64,000 nucleotides of DNA from Gaiellaceae bacterium (GTDB taxonomy: Bacteria > Actinomycetota > Thermoleophilia > Gaiellales > Gaiellaceae): contig DATFCX010000010.1 in assembly GCA_035252585.1 (NCBI GenBank), positions 483 to 64,482 on the forward strand, in the 5' to 3' direction. The position numbers and the translations under genes were made by a program. Below the pieces are notes generated by a model, which was not told the DNA's origin, did not search any database, and saw nothing but the letters and a program-made list of their open reading frames with translations. Position 1 is the first letter of the stretch; every line of letters begins with the position of its first letter. Of this stretch, positions 47,721 to 55,503 are shown piece after piece.

Positions 47721-48182
47721 CTACAAGCCCCGCGCCGCGGCGATCAGCTCGTCCAGATCGGGCAGCTCGCTCGGCTCGTACGCCCACGCGCCGCGGACGA
47801 CGCCGTCGGTGTCCACCAGGAACGCGCTGCGCTGCGAGACGTCCCGCATCCCGTTGTAGTCGATCGCGACGCCGAAGCCGCGTGTCGCGTCGGCGTTCCA
47901 GTCGGACAGGAGCGGGAAGTCTAGGTCGAGCGCCTGCATCCAGGCGACGTGCGTGTACGGCGAGTCGCGCGAGATCGCGAACGGCTCGACGCCGGCGTCC
48001 TGCAGCTCCGCTCTCCTGTCACGCAGGAGCTCGAGCTCCGTCGTTCAGGTGGCGGACCAGTCGAAGAGATAGAAGAGGAGCAGCAGCGGACGCTCGTGGA
48101 TCAGGTCGCCGACGCGCGCGCGCTCGCGCGGCGTCGTCCAGATCACCGCCTCGAGCGGCGCTGTCTCCCCGGTCTCGAGCAT
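47721..48182 (-). CDS. AhpE/BCP-type 1-Cys peroxiredoxin with in-frame TGA (48045-48047) at the peroxidatic position: candidate selenocysteine protein, alternatively a nonsense pseudogene
   Basis: Track ORFs 48045-48281 and 47721-47939 share one frame. Joined, they read ...LLLLFYLFDWSAT-TGA-TTELELLRDRRAELQDAG...FPLLSDWN...QRSAFLVDTDGVVR, 153 codons in total. GC3 is high on both sides of the TGA. Confidence 0.6.
48004..48037 (-). promoter_or_regulatory. SECIS-like stem-loop downstream of the in-frame UGA
   Basis: mRNA: UGA-ACGACGG-AGCUC-GAG-CUCCUG-CGUGA-CAGGAG-AGCG-GAGCU. The lower 5-bp helix begins 8 nt after UGA. The upper helix is a perfect 6 bp. The 5-nt apical loop, containing G-U, lies 22-26 nt after UGA. 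Confidence 0.4.
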
Positions 48183-48192
48183 GCCGCCGATC

Positions 48193-49419
48193 CTATGCGG
48201 CGGCCGCGGGCTCGGGTTCGGGCGCGACCTCCGTCGCCTCCGCGATCTCGCGCACGACCTCGACGATGTCGCGATTCGCATTGAAGATGTGCAGCTGCCG
48301 GTCTGCGCCGTTGCCGCGGCGCAGGATCTCGTCGACGCCCGCGAGCTCCTCCTCCGAGCCGAGATCGCGCGCGTGCGGGCCGATCGTCTTCAGCGTCCGC
48401 CGGACGAGAGCGGCCACCGGCAGCCGGTTGCGGCGCCCCGTGTGCAGGTCCATCACGGGCGCGGAGAGCCCGTAGCGCGCGGCGAGCCACTTGTTCTCGG
48501 TGGTGAGGATGCGGTGGAAGGAAGGGATCTCCTCGCCGCGCTCCACGAGCTCCGCGTAGTGCTTCACGAGCGCCTGGCAGTAGGCGGTGATCGCGATCAC
48601 GTCGTCGAGCCGCGTCACGGCGTCGCAGATCCGGAGTTCGACTGTGCCGAGCCGCGGGTGCAGGCGGATGTCCCACCAGATGTGCGTGTAGTCCTGGATG
48701 CAGCCGGTCTTCTCGAGCTGGTTCACGACTTGCGCGTAGTCGGCGTAGTCGCGGAAGCGGGGAGGAGGCCCGGAGCGCGGGAAGGCGGCGAAGACCATGT
48801 GGCGCGAGGATCGGAGCCCCGTCGGCTCGCCGCGCCAGAACGGCGAGCTGGCCGACAGCGCGACGAGCTCCGGGAGGTGCGCGATCAGCGCGTTCACGAC
48901 CTGGATCGCCTTCTCCGCGTCGTCCACCGCGACGTGCACGTGCATCCCGAAGATGAGCTCGCGCCGCGCGATGTACTGCATCTGGTCGACGAGCGCGCGG
49001 TAGCGATCCTTGGCCGTGATCCGCTGAGTCTCGAACAGCGAGAACGGATGCGTGCCCGCCGAGCCGACACGCAGGCCTTTCTCCCGCGCGATGTCCGTGA
49101 CGTAACGCCGGATGCGGAGGAGCTGCTGCTGCACTCCCGCCGGCGTGTGGCAGACGGGTGTGGCCACCTCGAGCACCGACTGCATCAGCTCTGCGTTGAT
49201 CCGCGGCTCGAGCTCGTGCCCAGCGACCGCTGCGAGCACGGTGTCGATGTGCTGGACGAGGTCGAACGTCTCGGCGTCGAGGAGCATGTACTCCTCCTCG
49301 ACCCCGAGCGTGTACGGGTCACTCGCGCCGAAGGCGTGGTCGAGCACGCTGCCGCCCGGCGGGAACTGCGAGCCTTTGCCGGTGATCGAAACCGGAATCA
49401 GGGAGTCCGAGTCGGTCAT
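48193..49419 (-). CDS. carboxylate-amine ligase, glutamate--cysteine ligase family 2 (YbdK-like)
   Basis: ATG 49419 overlaps the YhhQ stop (ATGA). TLGVEEEYMLLD, ELMQSVLEV, GTHPF, IFGMHVHV and WWDIRLHPRLGTVELRICD are GCS2 hallmarks. Confidence 0.85.
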   Translation of the reverse strand: MTDSDSLIPVSITGKGSQFPPGGSVLDHAFGASDPYTLGVEEEYMLLDAETFDLVQHIDTVLAAVAGHELEPRINAELMQSVLEVATPVCHTPAGVQQQLLRIRRYVTDIAREKGLRVGSAGTHPFSLFETQRITAKDRYRALVDQMQYIARRELIFGMHVHVAVDDAEKAIQVVNALIAHLPELVALSASSPFWRGEPTGLRSSRHMVFAAFPRSGPPPRFRDYADYAQVVNQLEKTGCIQDYTHIWWDIRLHPRLGTVELRICDAVTRLDDVIAITAYCQALVKHYAELVERGEEIPSFHRILTTENKWLAARYGLSAPVMDLHTGRRNRLPVAALVRRTLKTIGPHARDLGSEEELAGVDEILRRGNGADRQLHIFNANRDIVEVVREIAEATEVAPEPEPAAAA

Positions 49420-50030
49420 GCCGGGACGATATCCCCCGTGTTTGCAGGAAGAAAGCGTCGGCCGAGCACGACGAGCGGGATTCCGATCACGACCGACGAG
49501 GCGATCTTCCCCACGAGCTGGCCGTCGAAGAAGTGGAGGCCTGCGGTCCCGAACGCGAGCACGAGGAAGACCGCGCTGTCGATCGGGGCGCTGGCCCCCG
49601 CCGAGACAGCGACGCGCACGCCGTCGTGCACGCGCCCGCGGAGCGGAGCGCCCACGAGGTTGTCGACGGTCTCCGACGCGAGGAAGGCGGCGAGGCTGGC
49701 GGCCACGATGCGCCACGTCGAGCCCACAGCGCTGTCGAACTCCTGGCCCGGAAAGGCCGGGTGGGAGTGGACGAGGAGCGCGATGTAGCCGGCGAAGAAC
49801 GCCGAGCCGACGAAGCCGAGACCGATCAGGAGCTGGGCGTTGACCGCGCCGTCGCGGCGGGTCGCGCCGGTGTGGTGCGCGAGCTGCACGAGCGCGAGCG
49901 CGACGCCGATCGAGTAGACGCCGCCGGGAGCCTGCAGGTGCGTGAACGGGAGGCGGATGAACTTCTGCGCGCCGATCTGCGCCGAGAGCACGACGGCGAC
50001 ATAGAGCCCGGCGAGGGTGGCGAGCCTCAT
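49416..50030 (-). CDS. VUT-family queuosine-precursor transporter (YhhQ/DUF165-like)
   Basis: 204 aa with 6 TM. LAAFLASETVDNLV and SAPIDSAVFLVLAFG motifs. The ATG overlaps the RidA stop (ATGA). Confidence 0.75.
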   Translation of the reverse strand: MRLATLAGLYVAVVLSAQIGAQKFIRLPFTHLQAPGGVYSIGVALALVQLAHHTGATRRDGAVNAQLLIGLGFVGSAFFAGYIALLVHSHPAFPGQEFDSAVGSTWRIVAASLAAFLASETVDNLVGAPLRGRVHDGVRVAVSAGASAPIDSAVFLVLAFGTAGLHFFDGQLVGKIASSVVIGIPLVVLGRRFLPANTGDIVPA

Positions 50031-50401
50031 TCCGGGAGGAGCGCGTCGGCCTCGATCTCGACCTTCCAGGCCGGATCGAGCGTCCCGGTGATGACGAGCA
50101 TCGCCGAGGCGGGTCGAATCTCGCCGAACACCTCGCCGTGCGCGCGTCCGATTGCCTCCCAGTCTGCCGGGTCGACGATGTACACCCGCGTCCGGACCAC
50201 GTGCTCCGGTTCCGCGCCGAGCTCGCGCAGCGCGTCCACGATGATCGTGAGGCAGCGCTTCGCCTGCTCGTACGGATCGTCCGTCTCGACGCCGACCGGA
50301 GCCGTTCCCGAGACGAAGATGTGACGCCCGTCGCGCACGGCGCGGCAGTAGCCGACCGTGTCCGCGTAGGGCGACACCGCAGGAACGGTTTCGCGCGCCA
50401 C
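50027..50401 (-). CDS. RidA/YjgF family reactive-intermediate deaminase
   Basis: GTG 50401 within track ORF 50027-50713. GRHIFVSGTAP..., QAKRCLTIIVDAL, VRTRVYI, and C-terminal KVEIEADA. Confidence 0.8.
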   Translation of the reverse strand: MARETVPAVSPYADTVGYCRAVRDGRHIFVSGTAPVGVETDDPYEQAKRCLTIIVDALRELGAEPEHVVRTRVYIVDPADWEAIGRAHGEVFGEIRPASAMLVITGTLDPAWKVEIEADALLPE

Positions 50402-50420
50402 CTTCCTAGTATCCCCCGCT

Positions 50421-51230
50421 GTGGAATCGCTGCGGGCGGTCGACGGGTGGGGCGCGGGAGTCGCCGCGGCCGGAGTCACGCGCGCGGACGGCGTCGTCGC
50501 GACCCACGGGCCGCGAGACGCGGAGCTTCCGTGGGCCTCCGTGACGAAGCTCCTCACAGGAGTCGCGGTTCTCGTGGCGCTCGAGGAGGGGACGCTCGAC
50601 CTCGACGAGCCCGCCGGCCCGCCGGCCGCGACCCTGCGCCATCTGCTCTCGCACGCCTCCGGCCTGCCGGTCGACGGCGAGACGCCGCTGACGGAACCCG
50701 GTCGTCGCCGCATCTACTCGAACACCGGTATCGAGCTCGCCGCCCGGCTGCTCGAGGAACGGGCCGAGATGCCCTTCGCGGATTACTTCGTCCAGGCCGT
50801 CGTCCGGCCGCTCGGCCTCGCCGGCAGGCTCGCCGGCTCCCCCGCCCACGGCTACCGCGGACCCCTCGACGATCTGCTCGCCCTCGGCCGCGAGCTGCTC
50901 GCCCCGACGCTCGTCGCGGGAGAGACGCTCGCGGAGGCGACCGCCGTCCAGTTCCCCGGCCTCGCCGGCGTCCTCCCGGGCATCGGCCGGATGGAGCCGA
51001 ACGACTGGGGGCTCGCGTTCGAGCTGCGCGACGAGAAGTCGCCGCACTGGACGGGCACGCGCAACTCCGCACGCACCTTCGGCCACTTCGGCGCGAGCGG
51101 CACCTTCCTCTGGGTCGACCCGGACGCCGGCGTTGCCTGCGGCGTCCTCACCGACCGGCGGTTCGGCGACTGGGCGCTCGAGGCCTGGCCGCCGCTCGGC
51201 GACGCCGTCCTCGCCGAGCTCGGCGCGTGA
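50421..51230 (+). CDS. serine hydrolase of the beta-lactamase (class C/esterase-like) family
   Basis: SVTK (S-x-x-K), YSNTG (Y-x-N) and HFGASGT (H/K-x-G) motifs in order. GTG start. Confidence 0.8.
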   Translation: MESLRAVDGWGAGVAAAGVTRADGVVATHGPRDAELPWASVTKLLTGVAVLVALEEGTLDLDEPAGPPAATLRHLLSHASGLPVDGETPLTEPGRRRIYSNTGIELAARLLEERAEMPFADYFVQAVVRPLGLAGRLAGSPAHGYRGPLDDLLALGRELLAPTLVAGETLAEATAVQFPGLAGVLPGIGRMEPNDWGLAFELRDEKSPHWTGTRNSARTFGHFGASGTFLWVDPDAGVACGVLTDRRFGDWALEAWPPLGDAVLAELGA

Positions 51231-51233
51231 CCG

Positions 51234-51548
51234 CTACTCGTCGTCGGCGAAGAGCGGCCGCACGTACTCGTCGAACGTCTCCCGGTCGCAGCTCGCGACG
51301 ACCGCCGGCGTCATCGCGGAGACGGTCGCCGTCCGTGGCATGGCCATCGCCGGCGCGACCTCGCCGAAGTAGTCGCCGGGGCGAAGCACGCTGCGCGCCC
51401 CGAGGTCGCGCTGGCTGACGGCCAGGACGCCGGCGAGGAGGACGTAGAAGCGGTCGCCCGATTCTCCTTCGCGCATGAGCACCGTGCCGGCAGCGACCTC
51501 TTCGCGCTCCATGCGCTGCGCGAGCCGGGTCAGGGTCTCGCCGGGCAA
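51234..51548 (-). CDS. cyclic-nucleotide-binding domain protein (as called from TTG 51548; see finding on the in-frame TAG)
   Basis: VAAGTVLMREGESGDRFYVLLAGVLAV...LRPGDYFGEVA...PRTATVSAMTPAVV is a complete cNMP beta-barrel. The N-terminal helix continues upstream of the only available (TTG) start. Confidence 0.6.
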   Translation of the reverse strand: MPGETLTRLAQRMEREEVAAGTVLMREGESGDRFYVLLAGVLAVSQRDLGARSVLRPGDYFGEVAPAMAMPRTATVSAMTPAVVASCDRETFDEYVRPLFADDE

Positions 51549-51608
51549 CCCGGCGAGCAGCTCGAGGCGGGCGAGGTCGTGGCGTGTGGCGGAAGCCCGC
51601 GGCGAGGT

Positions 51609-51734
51609 CTACTCCTCGTCCTCGTCGGCGGCCTCGGGCGGCGCGTAGCCGCTGCGCTGCTCCTCCTCCTCGTCCATCCGCCCGCTCTGGGCCAGCTCCT
51701 GTTCCTCCTCGTTCGGGCGCGGGTTGTCGTGCAT
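51609..51734 (-). CDS. 41-codon highly acidic ORF, in frame with the cNMP-binding gene
   Basis: Strong SD GGAGGAGGAGG lies before ATG 51734. MHDNPRPNEEEQELAQSGRMDEEEEQRSGYAPPEAADEDEE-TAG. GC3 is near maximal. Confidence 0.4.
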   Translation of the reverse strand: MHDNPRPNEEEQELAQSGRMDEEEEQRSGYAPPEAADEDEE

Positions 51735-51831
51735 CGCCTCCTCCTCCCTGAAACGGTTAGGTCCGGCCGTCCGCAAAGTTGAGCCGAACGGCCCATAGCC
51801 ATTGTCCGGCTTCGTGTCGATCATGCCCGCA

Positions 51832-51993
51832 ATGAGCGAGCGAGGGTTCCACCGCATCGAGGACGACATCGCCGAGACGTGGCTCGAGGACTGGGCCGGC
51901 GCCGGTCTCGGAGAGCTCGAGGCGTATCTCGCCAAGCATGCGGAGTTCCTCCGGTTCGTCGAGGGTCGCGACGCGACCCCCACCGCCGACTAG
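51832..51993 (+). CDS. hypothetical small protein (53 aa)
   Basis: MSERGFHRIEDDIAETWLEDWAGAGLGELEAYLAKHAEFLRFVEGRD... with high GC3. Alternative starts at 51802 (TTG) and 51823 (ATG). No family recognised. Confidence 0.4.
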   Translation: MSERGFHRIEDDIAETWLEDWAGAGLGELEAYLAKHAEFLRFVEGRDATPTAD

Positions 51994-52022
51994 TAGCTCG
52001 CCGGCTTTCGCGAGGGCGCGCG

Positions 52023-52045
52023 GAGCGCGGCAGGCAGCCGCGCTC
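52023..52045. terminator. hairpin between convergent genes (possible bidirectional terminator, no U-tract)
   Basis: GAGCGCGGC-AGGCA-GCCGCGCTC, a perfect 9-bp stem, lies between the small ORF stop (51993) and the trxA stop (52053). Confidence 0.4.
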
Positions 52046-52052
52046 TCGACGC

Positions 52053-52364
52053 TTAGCTTTCGAAGCCGAGCTGGCGCTCGAGCATGCCCTTCGGCATCGC
52101 GCCGACCGCGGAGGCCTTGGGCGCGCCGCCTTCGAAGAGCATCATGTTCGGGATCGACTGGATGCCGTAGCGCATCGCGAGATCCTGGTTCTCGTCGATG
52201 TTGACCTTGACGAGCTTGACGTTGTGCTCGTCGGCGATGCGCTCGAGCACGGGCGCGACCGCGTGACACGGCCCGCACCACTCCGCCCAGAAGTCCACGA
52301 GGACTGGCTCCTCCGCCTGGAGGACCTCGCTCTCGAAGGTGGTGTCGGTGACGTCGGTTGCCAT
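52053..52364 (-). CDS. trxA: thioredoxin
   Basis: ATG 52364 within track ORF 52053-52421. VLVDFWAEWCGPCHAVAP...SIPNMMLFEGG. Confidence 0.9.
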   Translation of the reverse strand: MATDVTDTTFESEVLQAEEPVLVDFWAEWCGPCHAVAPVLERIADEHNVKLVKVNIDENQDLAMRYGIQSIPNMMLFEGGAPKASAVGAMPKGMLERQLGFES

Positions 52365-52449
52365 CGTTTCCTTTCGGTGTCGCGTGAGTGTGGGGACCTC
52401 TACCAGGTTCCCGATAGTCATTAACGCCTCGGCCTAGACTTGCCTTCCC

Positions 52450-55400
52450 ATGGGGGAGCCAATCTTCCACGCTCTACCGGACAAACCCGACCACCCCGCG
52501 CTCGAGCGGGAGATGCTCGCGCGCTGGGACGAGGAGGGCACGTTCGCCAAGCTGCGAGAGCAGAACCGTGGCGGCCCGCGATTCTCGTTCATGGACGGCC
52601 CGATCACGGCGAACGCGCCGGCCGGCGTGCACCACGGGATCGGGCGCACCCTGAAGGACGTCTTCCAGCGCTATCACGCGCTCCGCGGGTGCGACCTCCG
52701 CTATCAGAACGGCTTCGACTCGCAGGGGCTGCACGTCGAGGTGCAGGTCGAGAAGGCGCTCGGGCTCAACTCGAAGCGCGACATCGAAGAGTTCGGTGTC
52801 GCCGAGTTCGCCCGCAGGTGCCGGGAGTTCGTCGCGGAGTTCGCCGCCCGCCAGACCGCACAGTTCGTCCGCCTCGGTCAGTGGATGGACTGGGGCAACG
52901 ACTACTTCACGTTCTCGGACACGAACATCGAGTACATCTGGCGCTTCCTGAAGGCCGTGCATGAGAAGGGCTGGCTGTACAAGGGACACCGATCGACGCA
53001 GTGGTGCCCGCGCTGCGGCACGTCGCTCTCGAAGCACGAGCAGGCCGGTGAGGAGAACTACGAGGAGCTCGAGCACCCTTCGCTCTTCGTCCGCTTTCCG
53101 CTGAAGGGCCGTGACGGCGAGTCGCTCGTCGTCTGGACGACGACGCCCTGGACGCTGCCGGCGAACGTGGCCGCGGCGGTGCAGCCCGACGCGGAGTACG
53201 GGCGCAACGAGGTGGGGGAATGGGTCGCCGTCGCGCGCTATCCGGACGAGCACTTCGAGGAACGCGTGCGCGGATCGGAGCTCGTCGGCCTCGAATACGC
53301 CGGCCCCTTCGACGATTTCGCTGCGCAGGACGGCGTCGTGCACCGCGTGATCCCGTGGGACGAGGTCTCCCTCGACGAGGGCACGGGAGTTGTCCACATT
53401 GCGCCCGGCTGCGGCGCCGAGGACTTCGAGCTCTCGCGCGTCCACGATCTGCCGGTGCTCGCGCCGATCGACGAGTCCGGGCTCATGCTGCCGGGCTTCG
53501 GTGAGCTCGAGGGGAGGGCGACCGGCGAGGTCGTCGATCCCGTGATCGAGTCGCTCCGCGACCGGGGCCTCCTCGTCGAGGCGACGTCGATCGTTCACCG
53601 CTATCCCGTCTGCTGGCGGTGCCGCACGCCGCTCGTCTTCCGGGTGGTCGACGACTGGTTCATCTCCGCGGAGGAGATCCGGCAACCGATGCTCGACGGC
53701 AACGCGACCGTCGAATGGACGCCGCCGCAGTACAAGAAGCGGATGGACGACTGGCTCCGCAACATGGGCGACTGGAACATCTCCCGCCGTCGCTACTTCG
53801 GCCTGCCGCTGCCGTTCTACGAGTGCGAGTGCGGGCACCTGAACGTCGTCGGCTCACGCGCCGAGCTCGAGCAACGCGCCGTCTCGGGGCTCGAGCAGCT
53901 CGAAGAGCTCCACCGGCCGTGGATCGACGCCGTTCGCATCCGGTGCGAGAGCTGCGACGCCGAGGTCGAGCGGATTCCGGAGGTCGGCGACGCGTGGCTC
54001 GACGCGGGGATCGTCCACTTCTCCACGCTCGGTTGGCGCAACCGGGAGTGGGTCCCGGGCGGTTATGCGACGGGCGCGTCAGCCGGCCTGTCGGGCGCCG
54101 ACCTGCCGGATCACGAGTACTGGGAGGCGTGGTTCCCCGCCGACTGGGTCTCCGAGGGGCGGACCCAGATCCGGCTCTGGTTCTACTCCCAGTGCTTCAT
54201 GGCGATCACCCTCGAGGGGGAACAGCCGTACCGTCGCGTCCTCACGTACGAGAACGTCGTCGACGAGGACGGCCGCGAGATGCACAAGTCGTGGGGGAAC
54301 GCGATCGACCTCGACGACGCCCTCGAGCGGATGGGCGCCGACACGATGCGCTGGCTCTACTCCTCCCAGAACCTGGCGCAGGAGCTGCGCTTCGGCTACG
54401 GCATGGCCGAGGACGTCAAGCGCCGCTTCCTGACCTTCTGGAACTCGGTCCGGTTCTTCGTCGACTACGCGAACATCGAGGGCTTCAGGCCGTCCTCGCC
54501 CATGACGGCGCCGGGCGGCGACCTTCTCTCGCTCGACCGCTGGCTCGTCGAGCGCACCCACGCGTTCGTCCGCGCCTGCGAGGCGGCGTACGACGCATAC
54601 GACACGGTCACCGTGATGCGCGAGTGGGAGTCGTTCGCGGACGACCTCTCCAACTGGTACATCCGCCGTACGCGGCGGCGCTTCTGGGACGGCGATGACC
54701 GCGCGGCATTCGAGACGCTCTGGTACGCGCTCGTACAGCCGCTGCGTGCGCTCGCGCCGATCCTCCCGTTCGTGACCGACCACCTGTGGCGCACGCTCGT
54801 CCTCGACGGGCCCGAGTCGGTGCACCTCGCCGGCTGGCCGGACGTGCCCGAGCCGGACCGTGCGCTGCTGGACGAGATCGCCGCGGTTCGGCGGGTCGTC
54901 GAGCTCGGCCGGCAGGCGCGCTCCTCGTCCGGGATCAAGCTGCGGCAGCCGCTGCGGCGGCTCGTCGTCGAGGGGGCGCTTCTCGACGGGCACCTCGACG
55001 AGGTCGCGGACGAGCTCCGGGTAAAGGACGTCGAGCTCGGCACCGTCGAGGCGGTGGAGTTGCGCGTCAGGCCGAACCTGCCGAAGCTCGGCCCCAAGCT
55101 CGGCAAGCAGCTCGGCGCGGTGCGCGAGGCGCTCTCCGCCGGCGAGTTCGAGGAGCTGGACGGCGGCCGCTTCCGCGCGGCGGGGCACGAGCTCGAGCCC
55201 GACGAGGTGCTCGTCGAGCGCGGCGGGCGTGAGGGCTGGGCGGTCGCGTCGGGGGACGGCGTGACGGTCGCGCTCGACCTCGGCCTCGACGACGAGCTCG
55301 TGCTCGAAGGCGAAGCGTACGAGCTCATCCACCGCGTCAACTCGCTGCGCAAGGAGCGTGGATTCGAGCTGACGGACCGGATCGCGCTCACGGTGCCCGA

Positions 55401-55503
55401 GGCACAGCGCGACCTGGCCGACCGCCACGGCGAGTGGATAGCGCGCGAGGTGCTCGCGACCGGGATCCACGTCGCCGACGAGCTCGCGATCGAGAAGAGC
55501 TAA
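52450..55503 (+). CDS. ileS: isoleucine--tRNA ligase (type 2, eukaryote/actinobacterial-like)
   Basis: 1017 aa. PITANAPAGVHHGIGRT (HIGH region), CPRCGT zinc knuckle, CP1 editing domain, EMHKSWGN (KMSKS region). Confidence 0.95.
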   Translation: MGEPIFHALPDKPDHPALEREMLARWDEEGTFAKLREQNRGGPRFSFMDGPITANAPAGVHHGIGRTLKDVFQRYHALRGCDLRYQNGFDSQGLHVEVQVEKALGLNSKRDIEEFGVAEFARRCREFVAEFAARQTAQFVRLGQWMDWGNDYFTFSDTNIEYIWRFLKAVHEKGWLYKGHRSTQWCPRCGTSLSKHEQAGEENYEELEHPSLFVRFPLKGRDGESLVVWTTTPWTLPANVAAAVQPDAEYGRNEVGEWVAVARYPDEHFEERVRGSELVGLEYAGPFDDFAAQDGVVHRVIPWDEVSLDEGTGVVHIAPGCGAEDFELSRVHDLPVLAPIDESGLMLPGFGELEGRATGEVVDPVIESLRDRGLLVEATSIVHRYPVCWRCRTPLVFRVVDDWFISAEEIRQPMLDGNATVEWTPPQYKKRMDDWLRNMGDWNISRRRYFGLPLPFYECECGHLNVVGSRAELEQRAVSGLEQLEELHRPWIDAVRIRCESCDAEVERIPEVGDAWLDAGIVHFSTLGWRNREWVPGGYATGASAGLSGADLPDHEYWEAWFPADWVSEGRTQIRLWFYSQCFMAITLEGEQPYRRVLTYENVVDEDGREMHKSWGNAIDLDDALERMGADTMRWLYSSQNLAQELRFGYGMAEDVKRRFLTFWNSVRFFVDYANIEGFRPSSPMTAPGGDLLSLDRWLVERTHAFVRACEAAYDAYDTVTVMREWESFADDLSNWYIRRTRRRFWDGDDRAAFETLWYALVQPLRALAPILPFVTDHLWRTLVLDGPESVHLAGWPDVPEPDRALLDEIAAVRRVVELGRQARSSSGIKLRQPLRRLVVEGALLDGHLDEVADELRVKDVELGTVEAVELRVRPNLPKLGPKLGKQLGAVREALSAGEFEELDGGRFRAAGHELEPDEVLVERGGREGWAVASGDGVTVALDLGLDDELVLEGEAYELIHRVNSLRKERGFELTDRIALTVPEAQRDLADRHGEWIAREVLATGIHVADELAIEKS

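Noticed and set aside
47721-48281. Reading the peroxiredoxin locus as two independent small genes (78 aa and 72 aa), as the ORF track does.
   Set aside because: Neither half is a complete thioredoxin fold. The 35 codons between the TGA and the second Met are in frame, coding-like, and encode the conserved TTELELLRD helix. A single gene with an internal TGA (Sec or nonsense) is the better model.
52365-52449. T-box or other leader upstream of ileS. There is a hairpin GGGGACC-TCTACCA-GGTTCCC, and a TAGACT -10-like hexamer 9 nt before the ATG.
   Set aside because: The spacer shared with divergent trxA is only 85 nt. No T-box sequence or Ile (AUC) specifier context is recognisable. The hairpin and the possible near-leaderless start are noted but too weak to report as features.
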